The position numbers were made by a program, and so were the translations under genes. From assembly GCA_045569095.1 (NCBI GenBank), contig JBJKZU010000089.1, positions 1-47,379 of the forward strand: a DNA stretch of 47,379 bases. The letters are read 5' to 3'. Source of the DNA: Fidelibacterota bacterium (GTDB lineage: Bacteria > Fidelibacterota > Marinisomatia > Marinisomatales > TCS55). The number at the start of each line of letters is the position of its first letter. Position 1 is the first letter of the stretch. The notes beneath the pieces are model-generated. The model was not told where the DNA came from. It did not search any database and was given only the letters and a program-made list of their open reading frames with translations. Positions 1 to 8,700 of the stretch are shown in pieces.

Positions 1-473
1 TCGGTTTGTTTGCTGGTATTTATTACTGGTACCCAAAAATTACTGGTAGAAAAATGAGTGAGCTATTAGGTAAGTTACATTTTTGGCCTTCCTTGATATT
101 TATGAATGGTATATTTATGCCAATGTTCATTCAAGGGCTTGCTGGTGTATCACGACGACTTTGGGATGGTGGACTAGAGTATGCCCATGCTTCCGGTGTA
201 TTGCATTGGAATGAATTTATGTCAATTTCTGCATGGTTACTTGGCCTTGCTCAACTGCCATTTATTTTTAATGTTTTTTACAGTTTAAAACGCGGCGAAA
301 AGGTTAAGAATAACCCTTGGGACGCCACCACATTAGAATGGTCAGCGCCTTCGCCACCACTGCCTCACGTTAATTTCGAAAAGATACCGGAAGTGCACCG
401 GGTAGCTTATGAATATAGTTTGCCGGGTCGTAAAAGGGATTTCACACCGCAAACAGAACCTAAAAAAGGATAA
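1..473 (+). CDS. ctaD: cytochrome c oxidase subunit I, C-terminal part (5-prime end lies upstream of the window)
   Basis: The frame is open from nt 3 (GLFAGIYYWYPKITGR...). It carries CoxI C-terminal motifs, including GVSRR (GMPRR-equivalent) and NPWDATTLEW. The TTG at nt 6 in the ORF track is not a real start. Confidence 0.9.
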   Translation, partial: GLFAGIYYWYPKITGRKMSELLGKLHFWPSLIFMNGIFMPMFIQGLAGVSRRLWDGGLEYAHASGVLHWNEFMSISAWLLGLAQLPFIFNVFYSLKRGEKVKNNPWDATTLEWSAPSPPLPHVNFEKIPEVHRVAYEYSLPGRKRDFTPQTEPKKG

Positions 474-482
474 AGAAGAATC

Positions 483-1079
483 ATGGAAATTCCCTATACG
501 GTAGAAGAAAGGCCTGATACAGGGTTATTTAATGCGAAATTAGGTATTTGGCTATTCTTAGCATCTGAAGTAATGCTTTTTGGTGGTCTTTTTTCCGCTT
601 ATATATTTTTACGGTTTGGAGCACCAGTAGGTGCGTTTCACGAGTGGGGCCTGGAACTGAATATCCCCTTGGCCACATTTAATACCCTGATTTTGATTTC
701 ATCCAGTGTTACCATGATAATGTCCTGGGCTTCGCTTAAATTAAATGAGTTCAAAAAATACAAACTTTATATGGGGTTAACGTTATTATGTGCTTTGGGA
801 TTTCTGATAATAAAATATATAGAATATACTTCGAAGTTTGATCACCATATCTATCCAAGTACCAATACATTCTATGCAATCTACTTTGCGCTTACCGGAC
901 TCCATGGATTGCATATTATTGGGGGCATGATTGTTCTTTATTATTTTTGGATTCCAGGTAGTAAAATGTGGAATTCAAAACCAGAACAATTTACCAATCG
1001 GATTGAGATTGCGGGTCTGTACTGGCATTTTGTTGATTTAGTATGGATTTTCCTTTTTCCAATCCTTTACTTATTATAG
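483..1079 (+). CDS. ctaE: cytochrome c oxidase subunit III
   Basis: 198 aa, multi-TM, with CoxIII-type motifs (LGIWLFLASEVMLFGGLFSAY, LTGLHGLHIIGG, YWHFVDLVWIFLF). It starts 9 nt after coxI. Confidence 0.9.
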   Translation: MEIPYTVEERPDTGLFNAKLGIWLFLASEVMLFGGLFSAYIFLRFGAPVGAFHEWGLELNIPLATFNTLILISSSVTMIMSWASLKLNEFKKYKLYMGLTLLCALGFLIIKYIEYTSKFDHHIYPSTNTFYAIYFALTGLHGLHIIGGMIVLYYFWIPGSKMWNSKPEQFTNRIEIAGLYWHFVDLVWIFLFPILYLL

Positions 1080-1091
1080 GAGGCATGATTC

Positions 1092-1400
1092 ATGAGTAGT
1101 GACCACGATATTATAGATATTCAACGCCATATTAAAGTTTATATGACAATATTTGCCGCATTAGCAGTTTTAACTATAATAACCGTTGCAGCATCTTACC
1201 TGGATCTAAGTACAGGTGAAGCAATTCTTCTTGCCTTGACTATTGCTTCTGTTAAAGGATCATTGGTGGCTGGTTATTTCATGCATTTAATATCTGAGAA
1301 AGCATTAATTACTTGGATATTAATGCTTACCGCTGGGTTCTTTTTTGTACTAATGTTTATACCAATGGCATCATTTATTGATCAGGCTCAACTAGGATGA
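1092..1400 (+). CDS. small cytochrome c oxidase subunit IV (prokaryotic CoxIV/CtaF-like)
   Basis: 102 aa with 3 predicted TM helices, placed directly after coxIII. The VKGSLVAGYFMHL segment is typical of bacterial subunit IV proteins. Confidence 0.7.
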   Translation: MSSDHDIIDIQRHIKVYMTIFAALAVLTIITVAASYLDLSTGEAILLALTIASVKGSLVAGYFMHLISEKALITWILMLTAGFFFVLMFIPMASFIDQAQLG

Positions 1401-1594
1401 TATCCCTTAAAGCATTCCATTTATTTTTCATTGGATTAGCTATACTGCTAACTATTGGATATGGTATATTTGAATTAATTACACCTTCCCATCAAGGATC
1501 AGTATCAGTGATATTTTCTTTATTTTCTTTTATTTTTGGAGGTGTTTTAATTACCTATTTTTTTCGTATAATTCAGAAATTCAAAACCATATGA
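1397..1594 (+). CDS. 65-aa two-TM membrane protein, cox-operon associated
   Basis: ATGA start/stop overlap with coxIV (1397-1400). Two clear hydrophobic helices. No family recognised. Confidence 0.5.
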   Translation: MISLKAFHLFFIGLAILLTIGYGIFELITPSHQGSVSVIFSLFSFIFGGVLITYFFRIIQKFKTI

Positions 1595-1827
1595 TTAATT
1601 TTATTAGATTAATATTTCTAATTATAATTATTGGTTATCCAAATATTGTAACAGCATGTGCGACCTGTTATGGAGTCCCCGATGCCCCGGCTACGCAGGG
1701 GTTGAATATGGCCATTCTCGTTTTACTGGCGTTTACAGCGAGTATGTTATCACTTATTGTTTTCACAACTATATCATTTTACAAAAGGTCAAAAACGTAT
1801 CGCATAAAGGAAAAAAACATATTATAA
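1591..1827 (+). CDS. 78-aa two-TM membrane protein with an exposed CATC (CxxC) motif
   Basis: ATGA overlap with the 65-aa ORF (1591-1594). Layout is TM1, then CATCYGVPDAP, then TM2, then a basic tail. No family recognised. Confidence 0.55.
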   Translation: MINFIRLIFLIIIIGYPNIVTACATCYGVPDAPATQGLNMAILVLLAFTASMLSLIVFTTISFYKRSKTYRIKEKNIL

Positions 1828-1844
1828 TGGAGAATAGGTAAGCT

Positions 1845-2687
1845 ATGTTAAAATTTCTTCAGGATTATGGATTACCAATTAGTCTTTCAGAAGCTGGTCC
1901 AGGTATTGATGAAATTATTGTTTTATCACACTGGCTAATGTTAGCGTTATTTGTGGGTTGGGGTACCTTTTTTATTATATCACTAGTAAAGTTTAGGGCA
2001 TCAAAAAATCCTGATGCCGATTATATCGGTGTAAAGTCCCATCTATCTTCTGTTCTTGAAGTTGCTGTCGCTGTAATAGAAATTGTATTATTAATCGGTT
2101 TTGCTTTCCCAATATGGGCAAATCGTATAAATGATGTACCATCATCAAGTGATGGCGCAGTTCATTTTCGTGTTGTCGCGCAACAATATGCTTGGAATAT
2201 CCACTACCCTGGTCCAGATGGAATATTTGGTAATTCGGCACCAGAATTGGTGGATGAGGTCAATAATCCTATTGGGTTGGACCGTTCTAGTCCAGGTGCA
2301 GATGATGACTTTTATACAATTAATCAAATGCATATACCAGTCAATAAGAAAATCCGTATTGATCTTACAACTAAGGATGTAATACACAGTTTTAAACTTC
2401 CAGAGCTCCGGGTGGGCCAGGATGCTATTCCCGGCATGAGCATTCCCGTTCATTTTGAAGCAAATATGACCTCAGAAGATTTCTTGCAGAAAATGGTTGG
2501 AACACCCCGAGAAGGCAAAGGATTAGAAATAGCCTGTGCACAGTTGTGCGGTCTCGGGCATTATCGAATGCGGGGGTACCTAACCATAGATACAGAAGAT
2601 GATTATAATACCTGGTTAGAATTACAGGCTCAATATCTCGAAGAAGAAGGTGAAGAAGATGAGTGGGGCGATGAGGAAGACTGGTAA
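1845..2687 (+). CDS. ctaC: cytochrome c oxidase subunit II (CuA cupredoxin type, no fused cytochrome c)
   Basis: Two N-terminal TM helices and a cupredoxin domain. CuA ligand pattern is present: H in DVIHSF, then CAQLCGLGHYRM (C-x3-C-x3-H-x2-M). The C-terminus is an acidic tail, EEEGEEDEWGDEEDW. Confidence 0.85.
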   Translation: MLKFLQDYGLPISLSEAGPGIDEIIVLSHWLMLALFVGWGTFFIISLVKFRASKNPDADYIGVKSHLSSVLEVAVAVIEIVLLIGFAFPIWANRINDVPSSSDGAVHFRVVAQQYAWNIHYPGPDGIFGNSAPELVDEVNNPIGLDRSSPGADDDFYTINQMHIPVNKKIRIDLTTKDVIHSFKLPELRVGQDAIPGMSIPVHFEANMTSEDFLQKMVGTPREGKGLEIACAQLCGLGHYRMRGYLTIDTEDDYNTWLELQAQYLEEEGEEDEWGDEEDW

Positions 2688-2756
2688 ATAGTACTCTATT
2701 AATAGCATTTAATGCTAGTGCATTTTTCTATATAATAAAGACGACTATAATATTAA

Positions 2757-3758
2757 ATGGGGGAAATTAGTTACAGCAATAAATTTGCCACCATTTGGGT
2801 ACGTCGCTTATCCAAATTATTAGTGATTTCAACTCTGTTATTAATTTTTGCTGGTGCCTTGGTAAAAAGCCATGAGGTTGGTTTATCGGTACCAGATTGG
2901 CCCACATCCTATGGTTACCAGATGTTTTCTTTCCCTCTTAACGATATGATTGGTGGCATTTTTTACGAACATGGTCACCGTATGATAGCAACTGTTATCG
3001 GTCTTATGACCCTAATTTTAGCATTTGCTATATATCATACTGATGATAGACTTTGGTTAAAAAAGACAGCTTTTTTTGCCCTTGGTTTGGTTATCATACA
3101 AGGACTTTTTGGTGGATTGACCGTACTATTATTTTTACCGACACCTGTTTCTGTAATCCATGCTATCCTAGCCCAAATATTTCTAATTGTTACGGTTTTA
3201 ATTGCCTATGGATTATCAAAGGAAAGGGCAAATCGAAATCCAAATGACAGTATTGATCACAAAGGGCTGAGATTCCCGGCATACTTAGTTGCAGGTTTTG
3301 TATTTATACAATTAATTATTGGAGCGCTAATGCGGCACACGCAGTCTGGATTGGCAATTCCTGATTTTCCGTTATCTGGTGGATATATAATCCCAGCTTT
3401 TAATCAAGAAATGCTAAATTCAATTCAATCGATGCAATTTGAATCGGGATTACCATTTGTTACATTGAGTCAGATTATTATTCATTATTTACATCGCATG
3501 GGTGCGTTAGCTGTAGCTATTTCAATTGGGTGGCTAACATTGAAGATTATTCAATCAAAAATCAGTAATGAAAGATTATATCGATCAATAGGATTTTTAA
3601 TCACACTTCTAATTATTCAAATCATATTAGGTGCTTTTACAATATGGTCAATCAAGGAACCATTTATAACCAGTATCCATGTTGTCAACGGCGCAGTAAT
3701 TCTTGGCGTAAGTACTCTGTTGATTTTACGGGTGTCACCTGTAAAACTATCATGGTAG
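2757..3758 (+). CDS. ctaA: heme A synthase (COX15/CtaA family)
   Basis: 333 aa with about 8 TM helices. Conserved His-containing helices (EHGHRM, HAILAQ, MRHTQSG, IHVVNG) and cox-operon context. Confidence 0.85.
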   Translation: MGEISYSNKFATIWVRRLSKLLVISTLLLIFAGALVKSHEVGLSVPDWPTSYGYQMFSFPLNDMIGGIFYEHGHRMIATVIGLMTLILAFAIYHTDDRLWLKKTAFFALGLVIIQGLFGGLTVLLFLPTPVSVIHAILAQIFLIVTVLIAYGLSKERANRNPNDSIDHKGLRFPAYLVAGFVFIQLIIGALMRHTQSGLAIPDFPLSGGYIIPAFNQEMLNSIQSMQFESGLPFVTLSQIIIHYLHRMGALAVAISIGWLTLKIIQSKISNERLYRSIGFLITLLIIQIILGAFTIWSIKEPFITSIHVVNGAVILGVSTLLILRVSPVKLSW

Positions 3759-3768
3759 ATTTAATTTG

Positions 3769-4650
3769 ATGAATAAACGGTTTAACAATATTTTATTAAT
3801 AACTCGGGCCTATTTAGAGCTTCTAAAACCAAGTATTTTGATCATGGTACTCATAACCACTCTTTTAGGTTATTATCTGGGTAATGAGGGCGCAATATCA
3901 TGGATCAGGCTGACATGGACATTATTGGGAACTGGCTTATCAGCAGGGGGTGCGAGTGCGTTAAATCAATATTTGGAACGTGACCAAGATAAGCTTATGG
4001 AACGTACGTGTAAACGCCCCATACCGGCTGGCGTCTTACAGCCTCAGAGTGCATTATTTTATGGTATAACTGCTGTAATTATCGGAAGTATAATTTTAGT
4101 TATGAAGATAAATACCCTTACTGGCTTTTTATCATTATTAACCGCTTTTATGTATGTCTTAATCTACACTCCTATGAAAAAATTAACCTGGTTGAACACA
4201 TCATTAGGATCAATCCCGGGTGCATTACCTCCGCTAGGCGGCTGGGTGGCTGCGACGGGTAATGTTGATACAGGCGCGTGGATTTTATTTGCCATTCTCT
4301 ACTTATGGCAGCATCCACATTTTTTTGCGATCGCTTGGATGTGTAAAGATGAATATGAAAAAGCAGGTTTTAAAATGCTACCGGTAATTGAACCTAATGG
4401 TTCACGGACAATCCGTCAGATATTTTGGCATCTTACCCTTTTATTTCCAGTATGTTTGTTACCATTTATCATAGGTATGAGTGGTAACATTTATCTATTT
4501 GGTACAACAATATTAACACTGGGGTATTTTTTATCTGCAATTCCCATGTTGAAGGAAAAATCGTCCAAGAATGCTTCCCGAATACTTAAAGCGTCTGTTC
4601 TTTATCTACCATTATTGATAGTGATCATTATCATTGATAAAGGAATTTGA
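3769..4650 (+). CDS. ctaB: protoheme IX farnesyltransferase (heme O synthase)
   Basis: UbiA-family motif NQYLERDQDKLMERTCKRPIPAG, multi-TM. I prefer the ATG at 3769 over the TTG at 3766 given in the ORF track. Confidence 0.9.
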   Translation: MNKRFNNILLITRAYLELLKPSILIMVLITTLLGYYLGNEGAISWIRLTWTLLGTGLSAGGASALNQYLERDQDKLMERTCKRPIPAGVLQPQSALFYGITAVIIGSIILVMKINTLTGFLSLLTAFMYVLIYTPMKKLTWLNTSLGSIPGALPPLGGWVAATGNVDTGAWILFAILYLWQHPHFFAIAWMCKDEYEKAGFKMLPVIEPNGSRTIRQIFWHLTLLFPVCLLPFIIGMSGNIYLFGTTILTLGYFLSAIPMLKEKSSKNASRILKASVLYLPLLIVIIIIDKGI

Positions 4651-4652
4651 AT

Positions 4653-5234
4653 ATGTTTATTAGACCATGGGTTTATGTAATTGTTTTAGTGATAATAATA
4701 GCTTTAATAGCAGTTATGCAACCTGATGGTGTGGAAGAACAACTACCAATTATTAGTAAGATACCAGAATTTGATTTGGTTGACCAAAACAGTAAACAGT
4801 TTACTCTTGAAAATGTACAAGGCAATGTATGGTTAGCAGATTTTATTTTCACGACATGTTCTGGCCCTTGTCCAATTATGACAGAAAGAATGAGTATGGT
4901 CCAACATGATTTACTCGAAATTGATAAACTAAAATTTGTTTCCTTTACTGTTAACCCGGACTATGATACACCGGAAGTGCTAAAAAAATATGCGCAACGA
5001 TTCGATGTGGATGATAGTTCCTGGTCTTTTGTGACTGGTAAATATGACCAGATTCAGGAATTAATAGCAGATGGATTTAAAATGGGTGATACAGAAGAAA
5101 TTGTTTTTCATAGTACACGTTTTGCTTTGGTTGATCATGAAGGAAATCTTCGTGGTTATTATTCTGGAACAGAGCCGGCAGAACATGAAATTTTGATGCG
5201 TGATATTCAATCTTTAATAAATGATATACGTTAA
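4653..5234 (+). CDS. SCO1/SenC family copper chaperone / thiol-disulfide protein
   Basis: N-terminal TM anchor, a CxxxC motif (FTTCSGPCP) and a downstream conserved His (FHSTRFALVD). I prefer the ATG at 4653; the TTG at 4647 overlaps the ctaB stop. Confidence 0.85.
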   Translation: MFIRPWVYVIVLVIIIALIAVMQPDGVEEQLPIISKIPEFDLVDQNSKQFTLENVQGNVWLADFIFTTCSGPCPIMTERMSMVQHDLLEIDKLKFVSFTVNPDYDTPEVLKKYAQRFDVDDSSWSFVTGKYDQIQELIADGFKMGDTEEIVFHSTRFALVDHEGNLRGYYSGTEPAEHEILMRDIQSLINDIR

Positions 5235-5760
5235 TATGTTTGCCGCAAAAACTGATAATTTTTGGCTGAGAATAATTTATATAATTTCTGTTATAATATC
5301 AGGTGCAGTAGCGTTTTTAATTCTTGGTCCAAGACCAGCAGGAATTGAAGGATCTCTAGATGTTTCTGTTCTGCCCATTATAAATGCAACTCTAAATGGA
5401 ATAACTACTGTTCTATTAATTGTTGGATACATTTTAATTAGACTAAAGAAGCGGCAGCAGCATAAAAATGTTATGTTGTCAGCTTTCGGTACATCAACGG
5501 CATTTTTAATTAGTTACGTTATCTACCATTGGTTTAAAAGTGGCCCGAAGTTGTATACAGGTGATTGGACAACATTATATTACTTCATTTTAATATCCCA
5601 CATTCTGTTAGCTGCTATCATAGTGCCCTTAGCACTTATCACCTTATATCGCGGATGGAATAATCATATTGGTATACATAGAAAAATTGCCAGGATCACT
5701 TTACCACTATGGCTTTATGTCTCTGTGACCGGGGTGATAATTTATTTTATGTTATATTAG
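5221..5760 (+). CDS. DUF420 family membrane protein (commonly linked to heme-copper oxidase operons)
   Basis: About 175 aa with 4 TM helices, last gene of the cox cluster. An alternative start is the ATG at 5236, 1 nt after the SCO stop. Confidence 0.7.
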   Translation: MIYVNMFAAKTDNFWLRIIYIISVIISGAVAFLILGPRPAGIEGSLDVSVLPIINATLNGITTVLLIVGYILIRLKKRQQHKNVMLSAFGTSTAFLISYVIYHWFKSGPKLYTGDWTTLYYFILISHILLAAIIVPLALITLYRGWNNHIGIHRKIARITLPLWLYVSVTGVIIYFMLY

Positions 5761-8700
5761 TGAATTTACTTGAACATTCTGCTGGATATCTTTAACTAAC
5801 CCACCAAAATTTTTATCAATTATGAAACCGTGCTTATAGAAAAATTCTTCTTGGAAGAAACCAACTATAATGTAATGAACACCTTTGTTCCTTAACCTGC
5901 TCATTAGTTCATCCATAAGCCGGTTACTTAAATGTTTATTTCTATATTTTGAGCGAATAACAATCCACTCAAAATGAACAATATTAGTTTTTTCTGATTC
6001 TTTCCAGTAAACGCCTCCAACTAGTCGATCTTTCATGTCAAATATCAGCAAGAATTCATGATTTCCCTGAAATACAGGCTCAAGGTTTGATTTAATTAAT
6101 AAGGAATGGAAACGGGCGATCTCCTTAGGGTGAAAAGGGGGTCTTATTCTATAACCATTGCCGTCATTATCCTCACACAACATAACTAAATCAATACGGC
6201 CATGTTCTCCTTCATCCATTGTTACTAGCTCAATAAAATCTGCAGCTGCCAGATGCTTAAACACTAGGTGAGTAAGAAAATGTTGTTCTTCATCGTTTAC
6301 TTTTAAATTTTCATGGATATGATGAAGTCTATTCTGCAAATCATCTTCGGTTACTTTTCTGGCACGCAAATCGCGCAGTAATTCCCATAATAAATCCTTT
6401 AGTTCCTGGCGTGAATCCTTCAAGCAGGTCATAAGAAAAAATCTTACCCGAGTTTCAGGATATTCTAATAATAGGTCACCAAGGTTATAATCCTGGTACA
6501 ATTCCTGCAATATAGTTGTCCGTGCTTGTAATGTTGCATTTTGGTTTAGATCAAGCCACCGCTCGTATCGCAATGCGGCGAAAACCATTCGTTTGGTTAA
6601 CACTCCATCATTATTCACTTCATCGACAAAATCATCAATTCGATCAATACTTAAACCAAATTCCTTGGCTTTCTTGAGTTTAATCTTGTCTTTGTTTACC
6701 TCTTCTTTAAATTGTGCAATTATAGGTATTCCATATTTGACTTTTGCTACTTGCAATATCACTGAGAAAATTAATTCCCAATCAGCCATTCGTTTTAAAC
6801 CGGGGTATTGATTTTCTGTGTCTTCAATAAATTCACCATAGATACTAAAAAGTAGATTTGCAATTCCCGTTGTATTATTTCGATTAGAAATCGAAATCAA
6901 TCTCGTTCCGGATGCGTAATCATGTTCAGGAATAATCAAGTTTTTTGGAGAAGGATCACCAATTCTAACCTTTTTATCAGAACGCCACCAGAAATTGATG
7001 TAAGCAGCTGCACCACTCCATATAAAATGAAGCCAACGCATTTGCCAACGATCTGGAGCTAAATTTTCCTCAATTTCACTTCTATTTCTTTCGAGATATT
7101 GATGGAGTGTTTCACCGGGGATATATTCTTCGGTATATAAATTATATTCGGGCCAATAACCGCCAAATTCTTCAACAAAATTTTGTCCATGAATAGATGA
7201 TCCCATTATTACTAGCCATTTAATCTCTTCTTCCATGAATATTTTTTCATGCTCTTCATTTATATTAATGGCGAAGTTGTATGCTTCATCATGTTTGGTT
7301 TGAACCAAAATACGTAATACACTTTTTCCATGGTTTTTACCTAAAAAGGTAACCCATACACCATCTGGTTGAATATCGTCTAAATCTATTAAACTATGAT
7401 CATAGAAAAGAAATATCGATTCTCTGATAACAGCTGTATTGATTAGCGCTGATACTAACATTTCTCTTAGTTCAGGTTTTACTAGTTCGTCAAATACGAT
7501 TACATCATTCCAAGTATACTCAGTACCATTCTTCCGGTTAATGGCCAACTTTTGATTCGGTCCGATCCATGAGCGAAAACCATTCACTAGGTTATATTGT
7601 GCCTTTTGAGCGTATGAAATGATACTTTTTGGACAATCTGAAATTTGCCACCAATATAATTCTGCACGTGCCCAGATATATTTTGTCGGATGATTAATGC
7701 CATAGTTAGCAACAAGCGGTAGTAATATCTGAATAAATGAGAGTTGCTCTTTTGTGATCCTTTTAATATCCTTTCTAAATTGACCAAGTTTCGACAAAAT
7801 AGCCTCAAAATGATTGTCTTTTAATAATTTTACATTTACTGTAAATCCATTTTTTGATTTCTCTTCATAATATTGCTGATGGGTCTCAGATAACAATTCA
7901 AAAAATAGTTCTCCGGATAATTCTGGGATCATTGTCTCTATAGCTTTCATTCGAAAAGATGGATCAGTGAAATTTCTAAAGCTTATTAAAATGTTGAATG
8001 CAATTCGAGTGAGGTCACCATGATTAGATTCCAATAGATAGTTAAATGGAATAAAACCGTTTAATTGTCCAGCATATAATTGTCTGGTTGCTTTATGCAA
8101 ATTACCAAGATCAGGTAAACTGACAGAATCTTCAATATTTACCATATCTTTATCACTATGATCAGTAATTGTCGGAAACTCTAGCTGTAGAATTTTTATT
8201 GGTTCAAATTTTGTTAATTGAAATGCACTCTTACCGATAAATTTTGCGAACGTACTATTGCCTAACCATAATTCTGGACTCAGGAGTAATTCCTGGATAT
8301 CAAGACTGTCTTCCAGTGTATGATAAATAAAATCACCAATTACCAGTTTGGAATTATTCCACGATAACTTTAAACTGATCTTATTATTCTTAATGGATAT
8401 TTTTGAACCATTCCATTTTACATCATTTCTGCTGACTCCTTTTTCACGCAGGAGCCAATTTGGAATATGGATCTGATAATTATTGTATGATAAAGTGATA
8501 TGATTTTTCTCATACATGGGATTAATTATCTCATGGAAATTCTTCAAAATCTGTTTTCGTTTATATGTCCCCTTTTGTGTCAATTCGTCATCTGAATTAA
8601 AATCACGTTTAATAATTGCAAAATTGATCACGCGTTCAAATGGCGCAAGGAAACTATTCACCGATTGAACCAGAGAACTATAGTATTCACGGATTGTAAC

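Noticed and set aside
1656-2453. Overlapping ORFs 1656-1841 (+), 1993-2241 (-), 2131-2382 (+) and 2145-2453 (-) in the cox region.
   Set aside because: They are alternative frames of the 78-aa ORF and of coxII. They have implausible composition and no independent start context.
2688-2756. Short inverted repeat AGCATTTAATGCT between coxII and ctaA as a terminator or attenuator.
   Set aside because: It has only a 5-bp stem with a 3-nt loop and no clear T-tract, which is too weak to call.
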